A DNA stretch of 30,000 bases from Brenneria goodwinii (GCF_002291445.1 NZ_CP014137.1:198136-228135), one strand, 5' to 3'; positions 9,387-17,948 are shown, counted from the first letter of the stretch. The notes: a model not told the origin generated them from the letters alone. A program made the numbers and translations.

Positions 9387-9412
9387 GTTGACAGGGATAA
9401 TTCCCTGTCAAC
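9387..9412. repeat. Perfect 11-bp inverted repeat GTTGACAGGGA-TAAT-TCCCTGTCAAC
   Basis: Read directly from the sequence. It sits between the 3' end of the ggt-family gene (9620) and the proU upstream region. No T-tract follows on either strand, and its function is unknown. Confidence 0.5.
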
Positions 9413-9619
9413 GGCGGGCGAAGCGTTCGTCAGATAATTGCCTGATATTTTGTGTGGTTAATCGGCATTATTTTCGTCCGCTGGCGATATAACTATTGCG
9501 GCGGTATCTGAACGCTCTTATAAAGCGACCGGGTTTGCACTGTGTTCAATAGCTTACTGATATAAAATGAAAATACCTTGGTCACTCTCTCTTATTCCTC
9601 TCTATCCCCGGTTATGAAA

Positions 9620-11206
9620 TTAAAAACCAGCGGCGCTGCCGTTACTGCGCGGATCGAACGCCCCTTCCAGCATGCCGTGGGTATGACGGACGATCGCGCC
9701 GGCGTGACCGACGGCGTCGCTAAAGCCGTTCAGTAATTCGACGTCATGGCCCAAGGCTCTCAGCGCATCAACGGTGGCGGGCTTAAATCGATCCTCTAGC
9801 TTTAAGGTATCGGACGATTGTCCCCAGGTGCGGCCCAACAGCCAGCGGGGAGCGGTAATCGCCTGCTGCAAGGATAATCCCTGAAGCACATGGCGAATAA
9901 ACAGCGCAGCCTGAGTTTGGGGTTGTCCATCGCCGCCCATCGCGCCATAAACCATGGTGCGGCCGTCAGACAATCTCGCCGCTGCCGGATTCAACGTATG
10001 GAACGGTTGTTTGCCCGGCTTCAGCGCCAGCGGGTGGTGAGGATCGAGACTGAAAGTGGCTCCGCGATTCTGCCAGAGCACGCCGGTACCCGGCAGTACG
10101 ACGCCGCTGCCGAATTCATGATAGAGACTCTGAATAAAGGAAACGCAAAGTCCGCTACTGTCGCATACGCCCATCCAGACGGTATCGCCGGGGCCGTCTC
10201 CCGCGTCCCAGGGCGCGGCCTGACGGGTATCGATCTCGTGGGCCATGATGCCCAGTTTGTCGGGATCCAGCAGTTCCTGAACGTCCGGCGTCATCATGTT
10301 GGGATCGGTAATAAAACGGTCGCGCAACTTGAAAGCCAGCTTGGTGGATTCAACAATACGGTGAACGGTTTGACTGTCGTTTAAATCCGCTAGCTCCAGA
10401 TGGTCGGTTAAGCCGAGGATAGCTAATGACACCAGACCCTGAGTCGGCGGGGCGAGATTATAAATATCGCCCTTGCTGTGTTTTAGGCGTAGCGGCGTGG
10501 TGCGTCTGGCATGATAGTTGGCCAGGTCGTCGCCGGTTACCGGCATGCCCAGTTTCGCCATCTGGGCGGCGAAGTGTTTTGCCAGCGAGCCGCGATAGAA
10601 GCTGTCCAGACCTTCCAGCGTCAACAGCGTCAGCGTCCCGGCCAGCTCCGGTTGAGTAAAACGGCTGCCGGCACGCGGGATCGTCCCCTGAGGCATAAAA
10701 ACGCGCTCGAACTCCTGAAGATAGATCAGCTCATTATAGTGCTGCGTCAGCGCATCTTCCTGCGACTGGGTGATGGGGATGCCGTCTGCGGCATAACGGA
10801 TGGCGTCGGCCAGCAGGCGCGAAATCGGCAGTGGCGAGCCGCCCAATTCCTGAGAGAACTTCAGGGCTTCTTGCCAGCCCCCGACGGTTCCGGCCACGGT
10901 GAGGGCAGCTTTGGGGCCGCGATGGGGGATCTGCGATTCCCCCTGGTAAAAATCACGGCTGGCAAGCTGACCTGCCGCGCCAGCGGCATTTATGGCGATC
11001 GGTTCGCCCTGCGGCGGCAGAATTAACCAGAAACCATCACCGCCGAGCCCGCTCATATGAGGGTAAACCACTGAGATGGTCGCCGCCGCCGCCACCATCG
11101 CTTCAATGGCGTCGCCGCCGTCACGCAGAATAGCCTGAGCGCTGGCGCTGGCTAAGTGATGTGGCGTCACCGCCATGCCCAATGGCGCGATATTACTTTG
11201 CATCAT
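9620..11206 (-). CDS. Gamma-glutamyltransferase-family protein (Ntn hydrolase), apparently cytoplasmic
   Basis: The 528-aa product has GGT-family motifs (..SGLGGDGFWLI.., catalytic-Thr region ..GPGDTVWMGVCD.., ..GAMGGDGQPQT..). The N-terminus (MMQSNIAPLGMAVTPHHLASA) has no signal-peptide-like h-region. AAGGAA lies 7 nt upstream of the ATG. Confidence 0.9.
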   Translation of the reverse strand: MMQSNIAPLGMAVTPHHLASASAQAILRDGGDAIEAMVAAAATISVVYPHMSGLGGDGFWLILPPQGEPIAINAAGAAGQLASRDFYQGESQIPHRGPKAALTVAGTVGGWQEALKFSQELGGSPLPISRLLADAIRYAADGIPITQSQEDALTQHYNELIYLQEFERVFMPQGTIPRAGSRFTQPELAGTLTLLTLEGLDSFYRGSLAKHFAAQMAKLGMPVTGDDLANYHARRTTPLRLKHSKGDIYNLAPPTQGLVSLAILGLTDHLELADLNDSQTVHRIVESTKLAFKLRDRFITDPNMMTPDVQELLDPDKLGIMAHEIDTRQAAPWDAGDGPGDTVWMGVCDSSGLCVSFIQSLYHEFGSGVVLPGTGVLWQNRGATFSLDPHHPLALKPGKQPFHTLNPAAARLSDGRTMVYGAMGGDGQPQTQAALFIRHVLQGLSLQQAITAPRWLLGRTWGQSSDTLKLEDRFKPATVDALRALGHDVELLNGFSDAVGHAGAIVRHTHGMLEGAFDPRSNGSAAGF

Positions 11207-12136
11207 GCCGCTGTTCCTTTTCTTTGTCCGGCTTGTAGGGGAGTTTCAAACGGCGTTAATTCGTAATGGTTTTTTTATTACCGTCATGTTCTGTGTTGCC
11301 GAGGTCCGCTCTGTTAAGCAACAGTCGTGTTAAGCAAACCGCGTTCCAGTTTTTCCGCTCGGTGATAAAACAATTGAACTTTTTGCCTGTATCCCCGCTG
11401 CTTTTCAGGTTGCGATATGTTGGCTGCCGATTGAAATCTATTGGGGAGGTAGGATAGGCGTTTTGTGTTATGGCGCGATGAAACAAAAGACAATGCTGAA
11501 ACCCGCGTTGCCGATGCTCAGTGGCGGGGGATTGTGCTATGAATCCGCTTAAAGAATGGGACATCGTCGTGGCAGCGGGCTTCCGCCGCCAAAAACCGCG
11601 GGCTGCGGATGTTGGTTCAAGCACCCGAGCGAATTGAGCGTTTGAGTGGTTAACCGTGCCGAACCGGCGCAGATAAAAAACGCCGCCAGCCGTTGATATC
11701 CCTCTCCCGGCTCCCCGGCTTCCGGTTATGCGCGAGGCGGCCGGGGCGCAAAAATGGTGATTTGCACAGTATGGGTGCGATCGCCCTTGCTAGGGTTGCG
11801 CAATACGCGCGGGCATAATTTTATGTTGGCGCCATGGACGGTTATGCCGCCCATCTTTCACCTGGCGAACACGTTGCTTTCTCTCTGCCAGCGGTAACAT
11901 GGCGTTATGTTGATGTTTTTTTAAGAGCCTAGCCCGGCAGGGAATATTGGGAAAATACCATTCCTTCCTTTAATTAGCCCCTTTATTTTTCTGCGTCTTC
12001 CATTTTAAGACGGTAATCATAATTTGCTTATAACCGTCTTGTCTTTCCATCATATTTTGATAACGATCATACTTACATAAGAAACAGAATGCTATTAGTC
12101 ATAAACTCGTCCAAATCACTCCTGGAGTCGTCAATT

Positions 12137-12493
12137 ATGAATCATTTGGAACTACAGGCTCTGCGTCAAATTTTTTTTATGAGTATCGACGAAGCCTCAA
12201 CTTATATTGCCGGTGATGAAAACAGCGAAAGGTGGCGGCAATGGGAGAAGGGGGAGCAAGACATTCCACTTTCCGTTATAAAAATCCTGACCTTAATGAA
12301 TACAAAGCGAAAAGAAAGGATCAACGCCATCATTGAAAAGATAAATAATCGTATCGGGAATAACACCATGCGTTTTTTCCCCGATTACGACGCGTTTCGG
12401 GCGGTCTATATCGAAGGTGATTATTTAGAGTGGAAAATATATCAGTCCGTCGCGGCCGAACTCTATTCTCATAATCTGGAACGGTTGTGCTAA
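12137..12493 (+). CDS. ydiL: YdiL (DUF1870) small protein of unknown function
   Basis: Starting at ATG 12137 (MNHLELQALRQIF...; GGAG 10 nt upstream) gives 118 aa, the E. coli YdiL length. The motif ..IIEKINNRIGNNTMRFFPD..WKIYQSVAAELY.H.LERLC matches my memory of E. coli YdiL. The track start at 12089 adds 16 unsupported residues. Confidence 0.85.
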   Translation: MNHLELQALRQIFFMSIDEASTYIAGDENSERWRQWEKGEQDIPLSVIKILTLMNTKRKERINAIIEKINNRIGNNTMRFFPDYDAFRAVYIEGDYLEWKIYQSVAAELYSHNLERLC

Positions 12494-12505
12494 AAGGATG
12501 GATTC

Positions 12506-13069
12506 ATGTTCAATATCATCATACTTGTCGGCCCGCGCGCGTCAGGTAAAACCACGGTAGGAAAGATTTTAGCAGCCCATCTGAAGCTGAATTTCATTGA
12601 TACGGATGAGGTCGTTCAGAAAAAAACCAGCAAGACTATCGCGCAGATCGTCGATGAGCAGGGGTGGGATAACTTTCGGAGGATTGAAAGTCAGATATTG
12701 AAAGAGGTGACGCTCGCGGGTTGCATTATTGCCACGGGGGGCGGGATGGTGATGGCGAAAGAAAACCGCAATCACATGAAAAATAAAGGAATTGTGTTTT
12801 ATCTTTCGACCTCTGCCGAGACGGTGGTTCAGCGGCTAAAGTCGGACCCGGCCGTGAGCCAACGTCCTTCGCTGACCGGGTTGTCGATTACCGAGGAGAT
12901 TGCCGGCATTATCAAAACACGCGATCCGCTCTATCAGGAAACCGCTCACTTTATAATTGATGCTAATAACGGGAAAGATCAGGTCGCTCAAGAGATTAAT
13001 ACTATTTATCATACCTTGCTAAAAGATGCCGCTAACGATGCCACGGCGATACCGCCGTTAACGGAATAA
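12506..13069 (+). CDS. aroL: Shikimate kinase, AroL-like (shikimate kinase II type)
   Basis: The 187-aa product has Walker A GPRASGKTT and the motifs ..FIDTD.., ..IATGGG.., ..GIVFYL.., ..RPSLTG... It is collinear by eye with E. coli AroL. The start lies 12 nt after the ydiL stop, with AAGGA 7 nt upstream. Confidence 0.88.
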   Translation: MFNIIILVGPRASGKTTVGKILAAHLKLNFIDTDEVVQKKTSKTIAQIVDEQGWDNFRRIESQILKEVTLAGCIIATGGGMVMAKENRNHMKNKGIVFYLSTSAETVVQRLKSDPAVSQRPSLTGLSITEEIAGIIKTRDPLYQETAHFIIDANNGKDQVAQEINTIYHTLLKDAANDATAIPPLTE

Positions 13070-13770
13070 GCCGATTCTGCGCGCTGAAATTGCGGCATGG
13101 CTATAATTTTTTGATTGGCGGGAGATACCGGCGCGCCGAGGGTGATTTATCACCTCTATTTTTCATAGTATGACTCCCGTCATAAAAATGAATAATATTT
13201 TTCATCCGTCACAAATTAAAAAAGGATGATGTCACCGATTGTACGGTAGTTCGCTATTTGAAACAGAATAAATGTAATCTGCGTCACAAAATGATAATCG
13301 ATGCGAAAGTATTTATAAATTTTGTCTATAGAAACAATCTATAAATTTCTTTAAAAAAAGTAATTATTTATTCTCGATGAGAGTTGCTAGCATGGAAATA
13401 CATGAATAAATGATATTTATGTGTGTCTTACGAATATATTCAGGCAGTTATACCCAGTAAATTTCAAGGCGCAGGAAATGGCAATGTCACGGCTCTTCGG
13501 GTATTCCGTTTACGCAATAACCGAGAGTAACCAACATATTCGCAACGGGAAAGGCGGCGGAGATATGGCGTAAGAGGAATGATTGTCGCGTCTATCGTGA
13601 TGAGCGCTTACCGTCATCTTCTTTCTCAATACCATAAAAATGGATTTTCCGAGCTTTTAACCGATTAAGCATGACGCCGCGCCTTGGCGTCAGGGCTTTT
13701 GGGCATCAGGACAGGAAAGGAAATATCAGCCGATTAGATTAAAAATATCCTTTTCTGAAAAAGGCTTTCT

Positions 13771-14991
13771 ATGAAAAACAATTACATACCGACATCTGTC
13801 GGGCTATATATCAACTATTTGGTTCACGGTATGGGCGTCATATTGATCAGTTTGAATATGCCCCATCTACAGCAGCAGTGGCAAACCGACGCCGCCGGCG
13901 TATCGATCGTTATTTCTTCTCTGGGGATTGGCAGACTGAGCATACTGCTGGTGGCGGGTATGCTTTCCGATCGCTTTGGCCGGAAGCCTTTCATTTATCT
14001 GGGAATGGTCTGCTACCTGGGATTTTTTCTGGGGATCCTCAGTACGCAGAGTATCGTCGTCGCCTACTGCTTCGGGTTTCTGGCGGGGATGGCGAACAGT
14101 TTTCTTGATTCCGGTACCTATCCGACATTAATGGAAGCGTTTCCCAAGACTCCCAGTACGGCGAATATTCTCATTAAAGCGTTTGTTTCCGGCGGTCAGT
14201 TCACCTTGCCGTTGATCATCAGCGTATTGGTCTGGTTCGATCTCTGGTTCGGCTGGTCGTTTCTGATTGCCGCCGGGATGATGTTTCTGAACGCGATCTA
14301 TCTGTTCAAATGTCCGTTCCCGCCCCATCATTCTCTCGCCAAAGCAGAGGAAAACCCAAATACGGTTGAACCGGCGATATCTAAAGATTGCACCTGTTCC
14401 ATGTTGGATCTCGCCAGTTTTACCGTTTATGGCTACATTTCCATGGCTACGTTCTATTTGATCAGCCAATGGCTGTCGCAATACGGACAGTTTGTGGCGG
14501 GAATGCCCTATACGATGGCCATCAAGCTGCTGAGTATCTATACCGCAGGTTCCCTGGTGTGCGTTTTTATTAGCGCCGGTCTGGTGAAGAAAACGGTCAG
14601 TTCGACCACGCTGCTGATGCTCTATACGTTTATATCGTTCATCGCGTTGCTGACCGTGTGTCTGCACCCCACCGTTGCGACGGTGATCGTCTTCGCCTTT
14701 GTGATTGGTTTTTCCGCCGCGGGGGGCGTCATGCAACTGGGATTGACGCTGATGGCAATTCGGTTTCCCCACGCTAAAGGGAAGGCTACCGGCATTTTTT
14801 ACAGCGCGGGCAGTTTGGCCACCTTCACGATCCCTTTGATTACCGCCAAACTTTCGCAAATCAGTATCGCCAGCATTATGTGGTTTGATGTGGGCCTGTC
14901 GGCCGCCGGTTTCCTGATTGCTCTGTTTATCGGTTATCGCAGCATGAAAGAGCGTCGTTGTACGATGAAAATCAATCAGGTTCAGGTTTAA
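13771..14991 (+). CDS. ydiM: MFS transporter YdiM
   Basis: The 406-aa polytopic protein is collinear with E. coli YdiM (MKN.Y.PT..GLY.NYLVHGMGV...SLNM..L...WQT.AAGVSIVISSLGIGRLS). Confidence 0.9.
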   Translation: MKNNYIPTSVGLYINYLVHGMGVILISLNMPHLQQQWQTDAAGVSIVISSLGIGRLSILLVAGMLSDRFGRKPFIYLGMVCYLGFFLGILSTQSIVVAYCFGFLAGMANSFLDSGTYPTLMEAFPKTPSTANILIKAFVSGGQFTLPLIISVLVWFDLWFGWSFLIAAGMMFLNAIYLFKCPFPPHHSLAKAEENPNTVEPAISKDCTCSMLDLASFTVYGYISMATFYLISQWLSQYGQFVAGMPYTMAIKLLSIYTAGSLVCVFISAGLVKKTVSSTTLLMLYTFISFIALLTVCLHPTVATVIVFAFVIGFSAAGGVMQLGLTLMAIRFPHAKGKATGIFYSAGSLATFTIPLITAKLSQISIASIMWFDVGLSAAGFLIALFIGYRSMKERRCTMKINQVQV

Positions 14992-15051
14992 GTAAGCGCC
15001 GGAAGATTGATCATCAAACCGATAAAAATACGGTTATAGCGCCGTTCCGTT

Positions 15052-15954
15052 CTACTTGAACGGCATCGTTTGACAGGAACTGAAGATGAATTTTTTAAAC
15101 GACTGGGTTGCCGGCGACAACACTTTGTCTTTACGGGTCGCCAGATAGATATAGCGTGTCGGCCCAGGATCCTTAATGCGCATGACGTGAACATTGGAAT
15201 GCGAAAGCGTACTGATCCGCGGCATAATCGCAATACCGTAATCAATGCTCACCAGCCCGACCATCGCCGTATCTTCCTCGACATAACAGGCGATTTCAGG
15301 GATCAATTTTTTTTGCATGAACATTTTGTCGATGAACTGACGTAAACCGCTATTTTGTGAAAAAAAGATGAACGGATAAGGCGTGGTATCTTCCAGGGCG
15401 ATTTCATGTTGGTTGCGCTGCGCCAGGGGGTGATTTTGAGACGTGACCAGCACCAGTTCCTGACTGATTAACGGGATAAACTCGACTTCCGGCTCTTCTG
15501 GAAGCAGGGAACAGATAGCCAGATCGAACTTGTCCGCCTTAAGGTCTTGTATGATTGACGCGGTCGTGCCCTGATAAAAACAAAAGCGCTTATTTTTATT
15601 GCCGGGAATATGGGTAAAACGATCGATCAGTTGTGGAACCACCGTCTCACCCATGGTGTAAATGAACGCCAGACCGATAATGTCGTCGTGATAGCCGCTC
15701 ATTTGGCGTAGTGCAAGACGACCGTTTTCCAACTCAAGCAACGCATTTTCCACATAGGGTAAAAATATTTTTCCGCCTTGCGTTATCCGTACATTCCTGC
15801 CGCATTTTTCGAATAACATCACTCCCAGCTCTTTTTCAAGCTCGGATATCGCATGGCTTAAAGAAGGCTGGGCAATAAACAGACTCGATGCCGCTTCCGT
15901 GTAATGCTGCTTTTCAGCCAGACGTTTAAAATAGTGTAATTGTTTTAAATTCAT
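15052..15954 (-). CDS. LysR-family transcriptional regulator
   Basis: The 300-aa product has an N-terminal wHTH (MNLKQLHYFKRLAEKQHYTEAASSLFIAQPSLSHAISELEKELGVMLFEK) and a typical LysR substrate-binding domain. As I remember the E. coli K-12 ydiM-ydiN interval, no such gene is present there. Confidence 0.92.
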   Translation of the reverse strand: MNLKQLHYFKRLAEKQHYTEAASSLFIAQPSLSHAISELEKELGVMLFEKCGRNVRITQGGKIFLPYVENALLELENGRLALRQMSGYHDDIIGLAFIYTMGETVVPQLIDRFTHIPGNKNKRFCFYQGTTASIIQDLKADKFDLAICSLLPEEPEVEFIPLISQELVLVTSQNHPLAQRNQHEIALEDTTPYPFIFFSQNSGLRQFIDKMFMQKKLIPEIACYVEEDTAMVGLVSIDYGIAIMPRISTLSHSNVHVMRIKDPGPTRYIYLATRKDKVLSPATQSFKKFIFSSCQTMPFK

Positions 15955-16712
15955 TCAGTCTCTCATGGCATTGACGAATTATTTAACATACGGCAGACAG
16001 GCGCTACGCCGCGCTGGTCTGGTCACATTACGCGGGGCGGATGCTGCTGCGGTAGCGCGACCATTTGCAGCAGCATACATCAGGGATAAGAAAAGCTGTG
16101 CTACGTTGGTGGCCGATATGCAAAATTATTATGCCGCCGTGCAATATAATATGTCCTCTTGGTCATTTGCGGCGGCGAGAAGCGGTAAATAGATTGTTAA
16201 TTACTGGTCATAATAAACAGGTATAGGTTAATGGTGACTAACCATGGCAAGCGATATCGCGTTATTCGAACCCGTTTATCGCACAAGAATGTTTGTTAGT
16301 TCACGGTAATAAGATAACTTTGTTATAAGAATTTCTTTTTTTAGCAATAGCTGACGTCATTTTTCTTTATGTGGGTTAAATAATTTTTAACCACTTCACA
16401 AAATTAAAATAATTGTTCGGCAATACCGATACGTATTCATTTCACTGCGCATTATGTGTTGATTTTGTAAAGACATAAACAACTCGTCAACAATAATCGA
16501 ACGATTCCTCCCCATCGCGCTTTGCAATAAAGTTGGAAACAAAAACCTTATATTACGTATTCATCATTGCCCCTCTTCTATACATTAAATACAGATATTA
16601 ATTTAACGATATTTTATGAGGTGTATGAATTCAGCGTCACTAAAATAAAATCAAGTAAAACGGCCGGCATGATCGATGTAATGAAAAATATTAACGATAA
16701 ACGGAGAAAAGC

Positions 16713-17948
16713 ATGAGCCAGCATAAGGCCTTCAATGCGCCATTTTTATTAGCCGCCATAGGTATATATCTGAGCTATTTTCTTCATGGCATCAGTGTTA
16801 TTACTCTAGCGCAGAATATGACCCATTTAGCAGAAAAGTTTAACACGGATAGTGCCGGAATTGCTTACGTGATTTCGGGGATAGGACTGGGAAGGCTGAT
16901 CTGTATCCTGTTCTTCGGCGTTATTTCTGACAAATTCGGCAGACGCTCGGTTATTTTTCTGGGCATAGCGTTATATATCCTGTTCTTCTTTGGCATTCTC
17001 GTCAGCCCTAATCTGATTGTCGCGTTTATTCTGGCTTTCTGCGTCGGTGCGGCGAATGCGGCATTAGACACGGGAGGATATCCGGCGTTGATGGAGTGTT
17101 ATCCTAAAACCTCGGGGTCTGCCGTGATCCTGCTTAAAGCGATGGTCTCTTTCGGACAGATGTTCTACCCCATGTTAGTCAGCTACCTGCTGGTAAGTCA
17201 TCTTTGGTATGGCTATGCGATGGTCATTCCGGGCGTCCTGTTTGTTTTGGTCACGCTATTGGTGATCAAAAGCAAATTTCCCAGTCAGACTGTCGATGCC
17301 AATATCGCCAAAGAATTGCCCCAAATGGATAGTAAACCGCTGGCATGGTTGGAAGGGGCGGCCTCTGTGGTATTTGGCGTTGCCGCATTTTCAACATTTT
17401 ATGTCATCGTGGTCTGGATGCCGAAATATGCGATGGCCTTTGCCGGCATGGCGGAAGCAGAGGCATTAAAAACCATCTCCTACTATAGCCTGGGGTCATT
17501 GTTGTGCGTATTTATCTTCGCTTTTCTGCTTAAAAGTATGGTTCGTCCGGTGTGGGCCAATGTATTTAATACTGGCCTGTCTGTTATTGCCGCAGCCATT
17601 ATCTATCTCTATCCGTCCCCGCTTGTTTGTATTGTTGGGTCGTTTATTATTGGCTTCTCTGCCGCTGGCGGGATATTACAGCTCGGCGTTTCTGTTATGT
17701 CCGAGTTTTTCCCGAAAAGCAAAGCCAAAGTTACCAGCATTTATATGATGATGGGTGGATTAGCCAACTTTATTATTCCACTGATTACCGGTTATTTATC
17801 AAATGTCGGGCTGCAATACATCATATTACTGGATGCCGTATTCGCTGCTATTGCCTTTGTTACCGCGATAATCGTTTTCGTTCGCTACTATAAGGTTTTC
17901 AAAATTCCAGAAAAAGACCTGCGTTTGGGTGAGCGTTTTTTTCAATAA
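16713..17948 (+). CDS. ydiN: MFS transporter YdiN
   Basis: The 411-aa product is collinear with E. coli YdiN (MSQ.KAF..PF.LA...IY.SYFLHGISVITLAQNM..LAEKF.TD.AGIAY.ISGIGLGRL). GGAGA lies 5 nt upstream. Confidence 0.92.
   Translation: MSQHKAFNAPFLLAAIGIYLSYFLHGISVITLAQNMTHLAEKFNTDSAGIAYVISGIGLGRLICILFFGVISDKFGRRSVIFLGIALYILFFFGILVSPNLIVAFILAFCVGAANAALDTGGYPALMECYPKTSGSAVILLKAMVSFGQMFYPMLVSYLLVSHLWYGYAMVIPGVLFVLVTLLVIKSKFPSQTVDANIAKELPQMDSKPLAWLEGAASVVFGVAAFSTFYVIVVWMPKYAMAFAGMAEAEALKTISYYSLGSLLCVFIFAFLLKSMVRPVWANVFNTGLSVIAAAIIYLYPSPLVCIVGSFIIGFSAAGGILQLGVSVMSEFFPKSKAKVTSIYMMMGGLANFIIPLITGYLSNVGLQYIILLDAVFAAIAFVTAIIVFVRYYKVFKIPEKDLRLGERFFQ

Noticed and set aside
9018-9391. ORFs of 75 aa (9018-9245) and 62 aa (9203-9391) upstream of proV.
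   Set aside because: They lie in the AT-rich proU upstream regulatory region, lack an SD and have Cys/Arg/Phe-rich improbable sequences. The second simply ends inside the 11-bp inverted repeat.
11256-11624. A 122-aa minus-strand ORF, plus a 47-codon plus-strand ORF (11754-11897), in the 930-bp junction spacer.
   Set aside because: Neither has an SD. The translations are not protein-like and I recognise no family. I kept the region as a finding but not as genes.
12000-13770. TyrR boxes (TGTAAA-N6-TTTACA) upstream of ydiL/aroL-like and ydiM, as expected if the relocated kinase kept E. coli-type aroL regulation.
   Set aside because: None was found. The nearest look-alike, TGTAATCTGCGTCACA (about 13283-13298), has the wrong G-to-C spacing.
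13947-13954. A Chi site (GCTGGTGG) inside ydiM.
   Set aside because: A single occurrence within a coding region is the expected background frequency in enterobacterial genomes.
15965-16192. A 75-aa Ala-rich ORF starting 10 bp from the LysR start codon on the opposite strand.
   Set aside because: It has no SD and its start would sit on top of the LysR translation start and promoter. The composition is driven by a GC-rich inverted repeat (16041-16076), and I recognise no family. It might be a relic, but I cannot support a gene.
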